Part shown: piece by piece, positions 60,571-64,000 of the stretch
Numbering within the stretch: position 1 is the first letter of the stretch
How the letters are laid out: each line of letters starts with the position of its first letter
Assembly: GCF_000315625.1 (NCBI RefSeq)
Contig: NW_005434656.1
Span: 1 to 64,000, forward strand
DNA: 64,000 bases
Source of the DNA: Guillardia theta CCMP2712
Taxonomy: Eukaryota; Protista; Cryptophyta
Direction of reading: 5' to 3'
The notes under the pieces: model-generated
The model's input: only the letters and a program-made list of their open reading frames with translations
Databases searched by the model: none
Told to the model about the DNA's origin: nothing
Position numbers and translations under genes: made by a program

Positions 60571-63270
60571 ATGCGTCTCCTCTTCACCTCACTGCCCTCT
60601 CTTTCCGCCTGCTGCTTCCCTTGTCCCTGCTCTGCTCCTGACGCCTCCCCCTCCTCCGGCCTGCGCTTCTGATGTGCCCGCTCTGTCCTGCTGCTTGACG
60701 TCCGTACCCTCCCTTGCAATGTCATCACGTTGCGGAGCAGTGAGCAGCAGTCCTCTGCTGCTGATGATGATGATGATTGACGTCGCGGTCGCTCCTCCAT
60801 CCTGTCGAGGTACGCGCGCTGCTGCGGGCTGAGAGTGAAGGCGGGGCGATGTGCTGGGGGATAAGAGAAGGAGAAGCTGGTGATGGTGATGGTGAAGGAG
60901 GAGGAGGCGGACATGGCAGTAGAGGAGAAGGACGTGTGTCAAGGAAGGCTGGTTCAGTTGGAGGGACACAGGGAGCAGAGGAGGGAAAAAGCCGCGAGGT
61001 AACGTGACCGGGAGGGAGGTAACATGACCCTTGCGTCGATTCGCGATGGAGGTACCGTGATGGCCTCTTCGATCAGTCATCGCTGACTTTTGACTCTCAT
61101 CATGCAAAAAAAAGAATTACGGAGGTGAAGGAGTCGCTCAGGCAGCATTGAGAGCCCCAGGATGTAACTGCAGATCTGGTGCTTAGGATTATTCAGAATC
61201 AGACTTGACTGAAACTCATTGACAGCTCCATCAAGCCTCTGTGCGCTTAGACACGAGACCGTAGTGAAGATCAACCCCGATCGTCCCTACGACTAGACAA
61301 CGAAGAAGACCCTTGTGCATCCCCTCGGGGTACTTGAGAGGCTTGAGAAACGGTTGCTCGACTTCTGCTTACCTCGTATCGACAAGGAACACACGGTCAG
61401 TTCTTTGCTTGGGCCATATGAACATCTGAACAGCAACTACTCTCAGGCTCCATGGAGGCCATCGCTTCAAGGCAGCACAGTCCTTTCCCTGGTTATGCAT
61501 GCAGAAAGCCATACTGGCATGTGCTGTTGAGCTATATGAAGCTAGCTACAAACGTCAACAGAGAATGGAAGGTGTGTTCCAAATTCATGAAAACATTCAA
61601 TGCAAGTGCAGTGATACAATCAGGTGCATACAACATCCCTAGAAGTGGCTGTACACAAGAGCCCATTCATTACATACCCAAATGCCCTCTCCGTTATTCT
61701 CCCTTCTCTTTCTCTCTCCCTCTCTACATGCATCTCCTCTTCACCTCACTGCCCTCTCTTTCCGCCTGCTTCTTCCCTTGTCCCTCCTCTGCTCCTGACG
61801 CCTCCCCCTCCTCCGGCCTGCGCTTCTGATGTGCCCGCTCTGTCCTGCTGCTTGACGTCCGTACCCTCCCTTGCAATGTCATCACGTTGCGGAGCAGTGA
61901 GCAGCAGTCCTCTGCTGCTGATGATGATGATGATTGACGTCGCGGTCGCTCCTCCATCCTGTCGAGGTACGCGCGCTGCTGCGGGCTGAGAGTGAAGGCG
62001 GGGCGATGTGCTGGGGGATAAGAGAAGGAGAAGCTGGTGATGGTGATGGTGAAGGAGGAGGAGGCGGACATGGCAGTAGAGGAGAAGGACGTGTGTCAAG
62101 GAAGGCTGGTTCGGTTGGAGGGACACAGGGAGCAGAGGAGGGAAAAAGCCGCGAGGTAACGTGACCGGGAGGGAGGTAACATGACCCTTGCGTCGATTCG
62201 CGATGGAGGTACCGTGATGGCCTCTTCGATCAGTCATCGCTGACTTTTGACTCTCATCATGCTAAAAAAAGAATTACGGAGGTGAAGGAGTCGCTCAGGC
62301 AGCATTGAGAGCCCCAGGATGTAACTGCAGATCTGGTGCAAAGGATTATTCAGAATCAGACTTGACTGCAACGCATTGACAGCTCCATCAAGCCTCTGTG
62401 CGCCTAGACACGAGACCGTAGTGAAGATCAACCCCGATCGTCCCTACGACTAGACAACGAAGAAGACCCTTGTGCATCCCCTCAGGGTACTTGAGAGGCT
62501 TGAGAAACGGTTGCTCGACTTCTGCTTACCTCGTATCGACAAGGAACACACGGTCAGTTCTTTGCTTGGGCCATATGAACATCTGAACAGCAACTATCAA
62601 TCACAGAAGCTTTCTACCATCCCTCTCAAATCCCATCAGGCTCCATGGAGGCCATCGCTTCAAGGCAGCGCAGTCCTTTCCCTGGTTATGCATGCAGAAA
62701 GCCATACAGGCAGCCTTACACAAGAGCCCATTCATTACATACCCAAATGCCCTCTCCGTTATTCTCCCTTCTCTCTCTCTCTCTACATGCGTCTCCTCTT
62801 CACCTCACTGCCCTCTCTTTCCGCCTGCTGCTTCCCTTGTCCCTCCTCTGCTCCTGACGCCTCCCCCTCCTCCGGCCTGCGCTTCTGATGTGCCCGCTCT
62901 GTCCTGCTGCTTGACGTCCGTACCCTCCCTTGCAATGTCATCACGTTGCGGAGCAGTGAGCAGCAGTCCTCTGCTGCTGATGATGATGATTGACGTCGCG
63001 GTCGCTCCTCCATCCTGTCGAGGTACGCGCGCTGCTGCGGGCTGAGAGTGAAGGCGGGGCGATGTGCTGGGGGATAAGAGAAGGAGAAGCTGGTGATGGT
63101 GATGGTGAAGGAGGAGGAGGCGGACATGGCAGTAGAGGAGAAGGACGTGTGTCAAGGCTGGTTCGGTTGGAGGGATAGAGGGCTGAGGAAGGAAAAAGCC
63201 GCGAGGTAACGTGACCGGGAGGGAGGTAACATGACCCTTGCGTCGATTCGCGATGGAGGTACCGTGATCG
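60471..63270. repeat. Tandem triplication of a ~1.06-1.16-kb unit (third copy truncated)
   Basis: Equivalent positions 60777/61934/62990 (periods 1157 and 1056); near-identical sequence with (CT)n and (TGA)n length variation. Confidence 0.97.
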
Positions 63271-64000
63271 GGTCATCGCCTCTCATCACGCCTCTCCGTC
63301 AAGCCTTTTAGAAGGAGAAGCTGACAGTGATGGTGATGGTGAAGGACAGAGGACATGGGCCGAAAGAAGTAGTGACTTTACTAAGTTACTCTTCAATGCC
63401 AGGGTATGCCGCAGTGCTCGGGCTACTGCCGTAGCGGCCCGGTGCCGGGCACGGTAAAAGTTCACCCGGGTTCTCAGTCTCAGCGGCTCGCCACTGCGGC
63501 AGTGGCGTACGCGCTGGCAGGCTGATGATCATCGACTGAGTTTGTAAACTGAGAGTCCGGGGTGGCAACTAACTTGCTTTCAGAGAGAGGCTACTGAAGT
63601 AGATGTTTGTAGCCTGAGCGCCGCTCAGTGTCACTTCAGTGACAGTGACGGGCCGGCCCGGCCGACCGTTCCGAAGCCACTGTGACACCGTAAGTTACCC
63701 GGCGATTCATTGACTTGCTTTTCCAAAGCAGTACGGTACACTGCTGACTCAGGGCCCGGTGGTCCAAGACCCGTGACCGTCTCCGCGCCGTGCGACCGGG
63801 CGGCCCCACCGTCGAGGACTCCGGGAGTATCGAACCGAGTCCGTTACATTTGGAATGATTTTGAAACCGCCGCGGATGACACTGGCCCTATTCAGATGTT
63901 TCAGTGAGCTGTTAGCCCGTTTTAGTGAGTCGCTTTCAGTACCCTCCGGTCTGCCGCACCTCGCGGTTTGACCCGCGCCGCAAATAGAAGATGGCAGGCA

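Noticed and set aside
60567-63155. Repeated 110-170-aa ORFs on both strands in the triplicated unit
   Set aside because: Low-complexity translations of microsatellite-rich DNA, conserved only because the duplication is recent

Overview
Eukaryotic nuclear DNA: gene-dense, with many short (~40-55 nt) GT-AG introns and bipartite signal+Phe plastid presequences. This is most consistent with a cryptophyte such as Guillardia theta (inference). The left ~4.2 kb looks like a chromosome end. Short (CCCTAAA)n tracts alternate with same-orientation, variably truncated copies of a retroelement-like family that carries a ~700-aa ORF1-like frame. Each well-preserved copy has a reiterated hairpin+palindrome unit next to the telomeric tract and a conserved 6-codon uORF, and an AP-endonuclease relic sits at the proximal edge. 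The interior holds ordinary genes (RPL37, GMP reductase, PheRS alpha, PH-DAG kinase, PTGR3-like reductase, cornichon-like, IQ and LRR proteins). It also holds several unusual ones: a plastid-targeted Cys-less peroxiredoxin-fold + ~15-KH protein, a SKICH/ARM/BIR/UBA/PB1 MAP3K, a stand-alone FtsH-lumenal-like Tat substrate, and a Cys/His-rich putative transcription factor. Two paralogous intronic C/D snoRNAs target the LSU A-loop. A recent ~1.1-kb tandem triplication lies near the right end. Exon boundaries were read by eye, so gene ends are approximate where stated.
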